Shown here: piece by piece, positions 22,942-33,374 of the stretch | Position numbering within the stretch: the stretch's first letter is position 1 | Layout: each line of letters starts with the position of its first letter | NCBI GenBank assembly: GCA_943704415.1 | Contig: CALSCO010000804.1 | Span: 1-52,993, forward strand | DNA from: Parvularia atlantis | Lineage: Eukaryota | DNA: 52,993 nt | Direction of reading: 5' to 3' | Translations under genes and position numbers: made by a program | Notes under the pieces: model-generated | Seen by the model: the letters and a program-made list of their open reading frames with translations, nothing else | What the model was told of the DNA's origin: nothing | The model's database searches: none

Positions 22942-25900
22942 ATGGACGTGCTAGTGGCCAAGGTGCGCCGCTGTGTGCACCCCAGCCGCAAAGGGACGCT
23001 TACCGCAGCAACGCCCCGCAGATGGACGTCGCTGGCTGGCAGTCCCCGCCGCGCTCGAACGCCGACGCGCCCGCCGCCGACGGGTCGCCGGGGCTCAAGC
23101 GGCGCAACAGCTCGTCGTCCTGTGAGCCGCCCGCCGCGCGCGTCGGCCGTGCTGCCGCTCACGCGCACGACGACGCAGCCACCGCCAGCAGCGCCGACGG
23201 CAGTGCCGGCAGCCCCGAGGACGGCGCGCAGCTGCACTCGGCGCGCGTCAGCCTGTCGGCGCTGTCGGCCGCCGCGCCGGCCGAGATCGCGCACGCCTCG
23301 GCAATGCACATGGTGCGGCAACAGCCTCGCCGCTCCTCGCGTGCTGCTGACGCGGCGGCAGATCCACGACGCCGACGAGCACCGCATGGTCGTCGAGACC
23401 GTGCCCGTCTTCACCAGCTCGCGCGTGCTCAAGGACGCCCTGCGCGCCCCGACGCGCTTCACCGACTACGTCTCGGCCAGCATCCCGTCGCCGCTGCACG
23501 TACGTGGCCGGGGCGGCGTGCGCGGGGCCCTCGGGGCTCACGCGCGCGACACTGCATAGACGCACGCTGTCGCCACGTCTCCCGTCGCCGACGCGCCCGT
23601 CGGTTCGCCCTCCGTTTCGCGCGACGCACATGGCACTTATTCCCGGCTCGCGCGCGCAGCTCACCATCACACCAAGCAGCTGTCGAGCGACTCGGCCGGC
23701 GGGGCGCCGTCGCCCATGTCGAGCACGGCGATGAACGGGCCGTCAAACGTGTCGTCCTCGTCGTCGTCCGAGAACGCCTCGCCGGCTCAATCGCCGTCCG
23801 CCTCGCCGTCGTCGTCGCCGTCGATGGGCCGGCACCCGACGCGGCCGTGGCTGCCGAGGTGCGCTCGTTCGCCAGCCCGCAAGTGACCGCAGCGCGCTCT
23901 CTCTCTCACACGCACACACACGCGCGCGCGGGCAGCTCGGCCGTCGTGCGCTCGCCGCTGCCCAACTTTTCCAAGCCGATTGAGAAGCCCGCCCCCACCG
24001 GCGCGGCCCCGCCCAAGCCCGACGAGCCGCCGGCCATCGTCGTCGAGCCACCGACGCCGCCCTCGGCCGTGCCGCCCTCGCCCTCGTCGATGATGGCCGT
24101 GAATGCGCCGCCAGCGCTGGTCGTGATGGACGAGTCGAGCGAATCGAGCGGCCCGAGTGGGTCCTCGCCCAGCGGCAGCACGGAGAGCCTCAGCAGCCAC
24201 GAGGTGGAGCACGAGCGCGACCACGAGCAGCGGCGCCAGGAGCACGGCAGCCAGCGCGACCAGAAACCGAGCGAGAACGGCGACGGTGTGCGGTCGCGCC
24301 AGCTGCCGCGCACGTCGCCGCTGACGGCCGTCCGCAGAAGAATCCGGTGACAAGACAGCGGTGGGCTCGCTGCGCGCGACAGCACGGCGGAAGCGGCGCG
24401 CAAGTATCGCCGTGTGGTCGGACCCGCGGCTGATCGAGCTCGCGCAGGGCAACGCGCCGTGCGTGCTGCTTTGCGCTTGCCGACGTGCGAGGCTTGACCG
24501 CTGTGTGCGCGTGCGCAGCGCGTTGCTGTCGAACCTGAGTGCGAGCATGCCGATGGACGAGGACGCCGTCGCGAGCGCCCGCGCAGACCGCTCGGGCCTC
24601 GACGCGCTGCCCGTGTCGATCATGGTCACGATTTTGTCGTACCTGAGCACTCAGTGCGTCTGTGCCGCCTTTCTGCGCGCCCCGGGGCTGACACGCGGCG
24701 CAGGGAGCGGCTCGTCAACAGGAGAGTGTGCCGGCGATGGCTGGAGCTGCTTCAGAGCCCACCGCTGGCGCAGGCCGTTGACCTCACGCCGCTGCACAAG
24801 GCCGTCAACGACGCCGTACTGAAAACGATCGGCCACATCTACCGGCCGGTACGGAGGCTACGGGCACTCGCCGGGTGCGCCGACTGAGCCGCGCGCGAAC
24901 GCAGCACCTGCGGCAACTCGTCCTGCGCAACTGCTGGCACGTGAGTGACGCGGGCGTGCGGGGCGCGGTCGCGCCGTCGCCCAACGTCGAGGTGCTCGAC
25001 CTGAACTCGTGCTGGGAGCTGACCGACGCCGGCATGGGCGCGCTCGCCGAGGCGTGCCCGTCGCTCAAGTGCATCGACTTGTCGAACTGCAAGAAGGTGC
25101 GCGGCCTGCGCTGGCACGCCGCGTGCGCACACCCCCTGACCGGCTCGCGCGCCAGATGACCGACGCAACGATTAGCAAGCTGCTCGCGTCGGCGTCGGGA
25201 CTCGAGGAGCTCAAGCTGTCGTACTGCAAGTCGTTGACCAACGCGACCATGGACAGCATCATCAGGCTCGGGCGGTGCGTCGTGTGAGCGTGTGCGATCG
25301 GCATGCGCCTGACCGAGCGCCCATGCCGTGCAGCAACCTGCGCGTGGTCAACTTGCAGCGGTGCACGGGCGTGACGGACGACGGCTTTGCGCCGTTCCGC
25401 GACCCGGCCGTGCCGCGGAGCAAGCTCGCCGTGCTCGTGCTGTCCGACTGCAGCTTCCTGACCGACGGTGTGTGTCGCATGCAGAGTGGTGGCGGCGTGC
25501 TGACTTCTGCGTTTGCTGCAGCTGCGCTCGAGTCGATCGCGATGGGCTGCCCCGAGATGCGCGTGCTCAACCTCTCGTTTTGCTGCGCCCTGTCGCCCGC
25601 CGGGCTCGAGTTTCTTCCGCTGCACTGCCCGCGGCTGGAGACGCTCGACCTGGTGCGCTGCGGCAGCGCGAGGCCGTGCACCGGACGTGCCGCTGACGCG
25701 CGGTCGCAGTCGTTCTGCGGTCTCGCCGTGTCGGACGAGTCGGTGCAGAAGCTCACGGCAGGGCTGCCCCGGCTGAAGAAGCTGAGCGTGCGGTGCGTGC
25801 GGCGCGGGTGGCGACGCGCCACAGCGGACAACGCTCACGCGCGGCCGGCCGACAGGGGCTGCGTGCAGGTCACCAACGCAGGGCTGTCGGCCTCGCTGGA

Positions 25901-26161
25901 CCAGGCATCGTCGCTGCGCATGCTGAACGTGTCGTCGTGCCGGTCGCTGGACCTCGCCGCGGTCGCCGTGCCGCCGTCTGTGACGCTCCTGCCGGGTGCG
26001 TGCTGGTGCGGGCGCGAGGCGTGCCGTGCTCACGCACTGGGCTCGCAGGCAACGTGCCGCTCGAGAACTTTGACACGCTCGGGCACTTTGTCTCGCTGCC
26101 GTGGACGTCCAAGCCGCGCCGGTTTAGCTACATGCTGCCCGCGGCCCCTGCACCGCGGTAG
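22942..26161 (+). CDS. F-box / leucine-rich-repeat (RNI-like) protein with long Ser/Pro-rich N-terminus
   Basis: F-box LDALPVSIMVTILSYLS...RRVCRRW. About nine Cys-containing LRRs (LVLRNCWHVSD, LDLNSCWELTD, IDLSNCKKMTD, LKLSYCKSLTN, VNLQRCTGVTD, LVLSDCSFLTD, LNLSFCCALS, LDLSFCGLAVSD, LSVRGCVQVTN). Start codon uncertain. Confidence 0.85.
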
Positions 26162-26217
26162 CGCTTCCTGCCGTGTTTCTGCACGCAGATTCAGATCTTG
26201 TACAGCACGCTGTCCTC

Positions 26218-27340
26218 ATGCGAAGCACCGTGCGCGACGCGGCATCGGGCGCGTTGGCCGTGGCGCGCCGCTTCACGGTCGACGCGGCGTCGGCGGCTGC
26301 GGGCCTGACGCTGCTCGAGTACGTCGCGCGCGAGGTGCCGCGGCTGCAGCGTGCGCAGATCGAGCGCCTGCTGGCGAACCCGGCTGCGCTTGTGCCGCTC
26401 GAGCCCGCGGCGCCGCTCGTCCCGGCCACGCGTGTGTGGGCCGGCCTGACGTTCGAGCTGCGCAAGACGTACGCGGGCGACCGCGAGGAGCCCGGGCCGC
26501 TGCCGGTGCTGCACGCGGACGAGGCGGTGCTCGTGGTCAACAAGGCGCGCGTCCCCGGCGCATTTGTCCCGCGCGCGCACGGCTGACGGGCGTGTGCGTG
26601 CGCGCGCGCAGCCGGCGGGCCTGACGTGCCACCCGTCCAGGGGCTACTTTGTCTCGACCGTCGTGGGCGCGCTCGCGACGCACCACCGCCTGCCGAACGG
26701 GTTTGTGCCGGGCCTGGCGCACCGGCTTGACCGCGAGACGAGCGGCGTGCTCGTGCTAGGCCTGAGCACGGAGCACACGCGCTCGCTCACGCGCGCCTTT
26801 GAGACGCGCCGCGTGGCCAAGGAGTACCTCGCGCTGTGCGAGGGCGCGGCGCCGGCCGGGCTCGAGATTGACCTGCCGCTGCGCATCGCCGGCGGCACGT
26901 CGCCCGTGCGCGTGCGCGCCGTCGTCGACCGCGAGCACGGCAAGCCCGCGCGGACGTCAGTGGCGCTCGTGCGGCGCTTCCAGGACGCGGCGGGCCGGCC
27001 GCTCTCGCTCGTGCGCTGCGTGCCGCACACGGGCCGCCAGCACCAGATCCGCGCGCACCTGCACGCGGCGGGCCTGCCCATCGTCGGCGACAAGTTGTAC
27101 GGGCTGGACGAAGGCATCTTCCTGCGCCTGACGACGTCACCGGGGCGGCCGGCGGCGCCGGGGCAGTACGACGACGCGCTCACGCCGGAGGACCGTGAGC
27201 GGTTGCGCGTGTGGCGGCAAGCACTGCACGCGTCGCGGCTGACGCTCGAGCACCCGCTCACGCATGAGCCCGTCACGTTCGAGGCGCCGCTGCCGCCCGA
27301 GCTGCGTGCGCTGGTCGACGGCCTGCTCGAGCTGAGCTGA
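26218..27340 (+). CDS. RluA/RluD-family RNA pseudouridine synthase
   Basis: [12 protein letters not shown] joined across GC-AG intron 26545-26611; catalytic [38 protein letters not shown]. Confidence 0.93.
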
Positions 27341-27392
27341 GTGCGCTTGCCAATGGCCTGCATGAGCTGTAAAATGTAAGAAACACGGGTGC

Positions 27393-28184
27393 TCACTGCA
27401 GCTTGGCATTGGAGAACTGCCGTCGCGCGCATCGTCAGCCGCGCCCAACACCGCCCGAGTTTGACGCACGTCCATCTCCGGGTGGGCCGCCTTGAACTTC
27501 TCAAACAGGCGCGCCTTCTCCTGCTCCTCGCTCGTCGGGAGACCCGCGGCCTTCTGGCGCTGATCGTACTGGCGCGGTACGCGCGACGGCGTGAGGCCGA
27601 CCTGCCCGCGCGGGGCACGGCGCGCCGCACCATCATCTTCTCGACCATCGTGCGCGTGCTCGGGTCCAGGTCGTCCAGCTTCGAGTTCTCGGGCTCAATC
27701 TTGGTCGTGTCGATCTCGGGCTCGCCCACGAGCACGCTCTTCCACCACTCCATCGTCGCGACCTTCTGCAGCTCGATCAGGACCTCCTTGCCGGTGTCTG
27801 CACGGCCCCGTCAGCATTCGCGTTTGCGCGCGCGCGCGCGTGCGCAGTCGGCCGCACCGAGGCTCCACGTGCTCTCGGCGACCTTGACGGGTTTGTGCAG
27901 CTCACCCTGTGTGTATGCGCGCGTGGACGTAAGCGGGCCGGCAGCCTGGTGCAGCGGCGACGGCGACGCACGTCGAGGATCGGCGGCCGCCCCTTGAGCC
28001 CGACGCGCAGGTGCGCCTTGGTGATGGCCACGTCCAGGTCGCGCCCCTTGGTGCCAGGCGGGACGGGCACGGTCAGCGTCACGTCCTGCAGCGTCTGCAC
28101 CCACTTGTACGGCAGCCCTGGCCGCGCGCGCGCGCCGCGTCACGTTCGCTTCTCGCGGCTTCGGCACGCACCTTCCTGGCCCAT
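27393..28184 (-). CDS. nudC: Nuclear movement protein NudC, short (fungal-type) form with CS/p23 domain
   Basis: [34 protein letters not shown]...ESTWSL...[54 protein letters not shown]...HPEMD|FSNAKLQ-stop. Confidence 0.94.
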
Positions 28185-28368
28185 CACAGTAGACTTTGGC
28201 TGCCAAATGCTTTCCCGGAGTGCACGCCTCTTACAAAGGTGCCTAATTAACCTCAAGTGCACAATTGTTGCGCGGCGTCAGTGAGGTTAGTATGTTACAG
28301 ACAGGCTGACTTTCGCATCCATTGTGCATCAGAGGTTAAAAGCGCGAAAAGGTCTCCAGCGTGCGATC

Positions 28369-28812
28369 ATGATGCTCGCGCTGACGACATCCTCGCTGCG
28401 CCGGCTGCACACGACCGCGCCGCTGCGGCGCGCGTTCCTGCGCCTGGTCGAGGAGGCGCGCGCGCGCGTGCCCGAGGTCACGCCGCAGGCCGCGCAGCAG
28501 CTGGCCGAGAGCGACCCGCGCACGGTCCTGGTCGACACCCGCGAGCAGAGCGAGTGGCACGCCAAGCGCATCCAGCACCCGCGCGTCGTGCATCTATCCA
28601 AGGGCGTGATCGAACGCGACGTCGAGAAGGTTGTGCGCGACACGACCACGCCGATCGTGACCTACTGCGCCGGCGGCCTGCGCTCGCTGCTCGCGGCCGA
28701 GTCGCTCCAACGCATGGGCTTCTCGAACGTGCGCTCGATGGCTGGCGGCATCGACCTGTGGGAGCGCGCGGGGCTGCCGGTCGACGCGACGCCGCTCGCG
28801 CCGAAGAAGTGA
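28369..28812 (+). CDS. Single-domain rhodanese-type sulfurtransferase with probable mitochondrial presequence (intronless)
   Basis: LVDTREQSEW, HLSKGVIERD, active-site loop YCAGGLRS, MGFSNVRSMAGGIDLW. Arg/Leu/Thr-rich acid-free N-terminus MMLALTTSSLRRLHTTAPLRR. Confidence 0.9.
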   Translation: MMLALTTSSLRRLHTTAPLRRAFLRLVEEARARVPEVTPQAAQQLAESDPRTVLVDTREQSEWHAKRIQHPRVVHLSKGVIERDVEKVVRDTTTPIVTYCAGGLRSLLAAESLQRMGFSNVRSMAGGIDLWERAGLPVDATPLAPKK

Positions 28813-28881
28813 GCGCTGTACTGCAGTGTCCGTACTGTTTACTTGCGTCACGGCGTGCAGGTACACTGGGCGGTGGGCGGC

Positions 28882-30568
28882 TCACGACTCGGACGCCGAG
28901 CGCAGGAGCGCCGTGGCCTCGTGCTCGCGCTGCTTGCCCTCGTGCAGCAGCCGGTTGAACGTGGCCTCGTCCTGCGAGGGCGGGAGGACGTCCGGGTCGT
29001 CGTCGCGCGAGTCGTCGCTGTAGCGTGCGCCCTCACCGTCCTCCTCCGGCGCGCCCTTGCCCGCCGCGGGCTGCCCGCGCTGCGCGAAAAAGTACACGGC
29101 GAGCGCGCTCAGCAACAGGAGCGCGTTGAAGACGGCGAAGAGCAGGAACGGCCCTGTGCGCGAGACCGTGTCGTACATGATGCCACCAACCTTGTTGCAA
29201 ACGAGGATGCCGACCGAGCCGCACAGGCCCACGAGCCCGCCCACCGACCCGCGCAGCTTGGCCGGGGCGCGGCGCGAGGCGAGCGACTGGGCGATGACGA
29301 TCACGCCGATCTCGCCCGCGCCGATCACGCACGCGCACAGGATGCCCGCCGTGCCCGTCGGGTTCTCGACAAAGCAGATGGCGCCGTAGCCGACGGTGGC
29401 GATGGCCGCGACGAGGATCACGGGCTCGACGCCGCGGTAGCGCGAGCCGATGAAGCCTGCGACGAGCGAGAACACGAGCGCGACGGTCTGGGCGATACCC
29501 GTGATCATGCCCGCCGTCGCCGCGGCCTCGGTCTCGGTCGCGCCGTTGTCGAGCTCGTAGTCCTGCACCCACAGCGACAGGAACGTGATCAGCACGACCG
29601 AGTCGCCGCGCGCCACGAAGCCCGCCAGGAACGCCAGGCCGAGCTGCGGGTCGCGCCAGGCCGCCGTCAGCCCATCGCGCAGCATCACGAGCGGGTTGGC
29701 GTGCTCGTTGGCCTCCTGCAGGCTCGTGCGGCCCTGCAGCAGTACAAACACGACCACGCCGGCCAAGAGCACGAGGCTCGCGGTGGTCAGGTACGCGCCG
29801 TGTATCGCGTCTGCCTGGGCCAGGCCGGCCTCCTCGAGCCACTCGGGGATGCGCAGGAGGATGAGCGCGGCCAGGAGCGCGCCGCCGCCCGAAAACAGGC
29901 CCATGAAGCCCGACGCGCGGCCCTTGTCGGCGAAGGTGACGTAGTCGGCCAGCACCGCGCTGAGCATCGCCGCCGCCGCCGACGCGCCCACGGCGTACAC
30001 GAGCCGGTAAACGACCAAGACGCCGTACGAGGTCGCGTACGAGGTCAGGTAGAAGCCGAGCGCGATGAACACGAACGCGGCGGCGTAGACCACGCGCCGG
30101 CCGACCTTGTCCGACGCCACGCCCCACACCGACACGAGCGCGATGATCATTAGCTCGTTGTAGAAGCCCAGGTCGCCCGTCGCCCGCCCGATCTCGTCGT
30201 CCGGCACGCCCACGAGCACCGACAGCACGAGCTTCTGCGCCGAGTTGACGAACGTGTACGCGGCGATCTGCGCCCGCCCACGCCGCAGTCAGCGCACGGC
30301 ACAGCGCGCACGGCACGGCGCGCACCGTCATGAACACCGCGTAGTAAAACGTCGCGAGGTGCAGCACCGACACGCCCGGCGCCGTTCGCACCCACAGCAG
30401 CTGCGGTGCGCGCCGCGGCGCGTCGACCCCGGGCGCGCCCGCCGTCGCGTACTGCGTCGACAGCTCTGCGTTGCGTGCGCCGCCGTGAGCAGGCCCGCGC
30501 GCGGACGTCCCGCTGGCATGGCGCGCACCGGCCGGTGGCAGCAGGGGACGCTCACTGGATGAGTTCAT
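28882..30568 (-). CDS. Major facilitator superfamily transporter (one intron at about 30268-30326)
   Basis: MFS motif A WGVASDKVGRRVV; about 12 hydrophobic segments; LADYV..DKGRASG; APAKLRGSVGG. Confidence 0.9.
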
Positions 30569-30590
30569 CCTCACGGTCCGACGGGCGACG

Positions 30591-30600
30591 GTCACGTGAT
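30591..30600. promoter_or_regulatory. E-box GTCACGTGAT (CLEAR-like) just upstream of the MFS start
   Basis: 9/10 match to GTCACGTGAC, 22 bp from the ATG. Function inferred. Confidence 0.35.
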
Positions 30601-30667
30601 CGAAACTCGACCGCCAGCCCTCTCACTGGCAGGCAAGCCTGTGCACGCTCGCTCGGGCCGGCGCACG

Positions 30668-31442
30668 TCACCAGTCGTGCGGCCAGTCGACGAGCTGCAT
30701 CAGGCGCTGCGTGATCGCCTCGAGCCCGGCGCGGTCCTCCTCGTCAAAGCCGCGCAGGTTGGTCGCGTCGAGGTCAAACACGCCGACGACGTTCTGTCGC
30801 GGGGGCGCGGGGGCGGGCGCAGGGAGCACACGGGGCGTTGTTCAGCCGGCAGCGGTGGCGACTGCAGGTGCACACACGGCCCCACGCACCCCCTTGGCGT
30901 TAAACATCGGCACGACGATCTCCGAGTTAGTCTTGTCGGAGCACGCGATGTGCCCCGGGAACTCGTGCACGTCCGGCACGATCACCGTCTCCTTGCGCGC
31001 GGCCGCCGCGCCGCACACGCCGCGGCCCGGGTTGATCACGACGCACGCGACCTCGCCCTGGAACGGCCCGAGCAGCAGGCGGCCCTCGGCGTTCGTGCGG
31101 GTGTAGAAGCCGACCCAGTTGACGTGCGCCTCGCCGCGCGGGCGCAGGCCGTGGAAGACGAGCGCCGACACATTGGCCATGCCTGAGATCTGCACGTGCG
31201 TACGCGCGCGCGCGCGCCTCACCCGGTCAGCCGAGCGCGCCGAGCCGCGTGCGTCCGTCACGCACCCAGTTGCGCTCGCCCTCGAGCACGGCCTCGACCT
31301 CCTTCAGCAACGACGCGTAAAACTCGCGTTTGCTCTGCCGCACCGCCGCCGCCGCCGTCACCTCGGCGCGCCGCGGCGCGCCGAGCAGCAGCGCCGCCGC
31401 GCCCGCGAGCGCGACAGCCGCGAGGCCCGCGCTGGTCGTCAT
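30668..31442 (-). CDS. msrC: GAF-domain free methionine-R-sulfoxide reductase (fRMsr/MsrC) with hydrophobic N-terminal extension
   Basis: MANVSALVF, VNWVGFY, LLLGPFQGEVAC, GRGVCG, VPDVHEFPGHIAC, SEIVVP, GVFDLD...FDEEDRAGLE. All three family cysteines are present. Confidence 0.93.
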
Positions 31443-31465
31443 CTTTCCAAGGCCACGTGGATCTA

Positions 31466-31955
31466 ATGGCCAAGCCGTTGCCGCGGCGCGGCCCGTCGAC
31501 GCCGGTGCTGTGGTGCCTGCGCGCGACGGCGGTGGTGCTGGCGCTGCTGTGCCTGTGGCTGGCCGTGGCCGTGCTGTGGAACTCGAGCACGGCCGCGTCG
31601 ACGCGCCATGCCGCCGTTGTCCCGTTCGACGCGACCGTGCGCGACGGGCCGGCCGAGCACCTCTACGTCGAGCCGGCGGAGGGCGCGCACGCGCACACGC
31701 ACACGCCCGGTGCCGAGGGCCTGGGCGCGCACCTCGCCTCGCTGCCGTACAACTTCGGCCGCTGGCGCCACCCCGTGCGCGACATCACCTTCGCCGACGA
31801 GGAGTCGCGCGCATTCAGCGACGCGCTCTTCCGCTTCGCGACGCACAAGCGGTGGAACTACTACGGCATCAGCACCGAGCGCTTCTTCGTGAGCATAGCC
31901 ATGGTCCAGTTCAACTACATCTCGGACATTGCCGTGACGCTGATTGACAAGGTGT

Positions 31956-32009
<54 letters not shown>

Positions 32010-33018
32010 CGCCCGCGCCCGCGCCCAAACGTGCCTCAAAACTCCGCCGCGTCAACAACGCAGAACATTGACGCCTCGCGCAAGTGGGAGTACCACGGCC
32101 GCTTCCCGTTTGGCCTGGGCATGACCATCGCGACCGCGTCGATCAACGGCTGCACCGAGTGGTCCGACTCGCTCTTCCACCTCGACCACAAGGACGTGTC
32201 GATCTGCTACGAACCGGTCGAGCGCGTGTGGCGCGGCAAGTTCGCGGTTATGGTCGAGAACAACGGCGAGACGCGCCCGCTCAGCGCGACCTTCGTCATG
32301 GCCCAGACCGACACGCTCACGCTGCTCTTCCCGCTCGACGGCTCGCGCGGCCGCCCAGCCTACGTCGACAAGATCGCTGGCGCGCCCGTCGTGGGCGAGC
32401 TGTACTGGGCCGACCACCGGCACGCGCTTGACGGCCTTGGCGCGATCGACTGGACCAAGTCACAGGCACTGCGCGAGACGCGGTGGAAGTGGGTCTCGTT
32501 CAGCGTGCCCGGCACGGTCACGATCGAGCGCGTGCAGGCCGGTGACGCGGGCGAGACCGTGGCCGAGACGATCGTGCGCGACGCTGCGGCGCAGATCGGA
32601 GTCAACCTCTCGGCCGACGTGTACGACCACCGCGGGCACTCGCAGGAGAACGCGGTCTGGGTGGACGGTGCGCGCGCGCGCTGCGCCGTGTGCCGTACTG
32701 AGCGCGTGTGCGCACTCAGGCACCATGTTCCCGCTCAACGGCGTGCGCTTTCGCGTGCCCAAGGACAATAAGGCGCGCGAGCCGTGGTCAGTGCAGTCGC
32801 TCAGCAACAGCGCGGTGCAGACGGTCGACTTTGCGTTCCGGCCGACGGGCTCGCGCGAGGACCACACGCAGGTGCCAGGCCTGCTCGTGTCGGACTACGT
32901 CATGGCCTTTGGCTACGCCAACGCGACGATCGAGTTCCGGCCGCAGCCGGACCTGCGCTACCGCGTGGCCCTGCACAACGTCTTTGGCGTGATGGAGGAC
33001 CATGTGGCCGTGTGGTGA
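31466..33018 (+). CDS. DUF2804-like beta-rich protein with N-terminal membrane anchor
   Basis: TM segment VVLALLCLWLAVAVLW; KRWNYYGI, GAIDWTK...RETRWKW, GVNLS...ENAVWVDG, PWSVQS, FRPTGSRED, GVMEDHVAVW-stop. Two introns. Family call from memory. Confidence 0.72.
31960..32007. repeat. (CT)n microsatellite enlarging a DUF2804 intron to about 112 nt
   Basis: Directly visible. Confidence 0.9.
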
Positions 33019-33088
33019 ACTCTTTGTCGTTGTCGTAACCGCGGTGCACGAGCTCACAGCTCCTTGATCTTGTGCGCGTCCGGCACAG

Positions 33089-33332
33089 CCGGCGCCGGCG
33101 TGCGCTTCGCCGTGCTGTACAGCGCCGCGTTCGACACAAGCGCGATGGCTGCCGCGGACGTGGTGTACGAGGCGCAGCTGGCGCGCGCTGGCGAGGTACG
33201 CGCGCAGCTTTCACGCCAACACCGTGCGCACTCACGACCGCGGCCAGACCACGACCGGCAGCCTCGCCGTCACCCGTCCGGGCGTCTACCGGCTGCGCAC
33301 CGGCGCGCGTGCGCTTCCAGCTCCTGCCGTAG
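33089..33332 (+). pseudogene. Orphan GOLD-domain-like two-exon fragment with apparent frameshift
   Basis: GVRFAVLYS...VVYEAQLARAGE|TTTGSLAVTRPGVYRLR across a clean intron 33196-33247 (GTACGC...CTCAC...CAG), then RVRFQLLP-stop in another frame. No 5' exons are visible. Confidence 0.45.
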
Positions 33333-33374
33333 CCCTAGCACTTGTACACACCCACCGCAAAAGCACACGCACGC

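Noticed and set aside
28342..28350. E2F/SCB-like GCGCGAAAA in the NudC/rhodanese spacer
   Set aside because: It is a single instance in a CGCG-saturated genome and cannot be told from chance.
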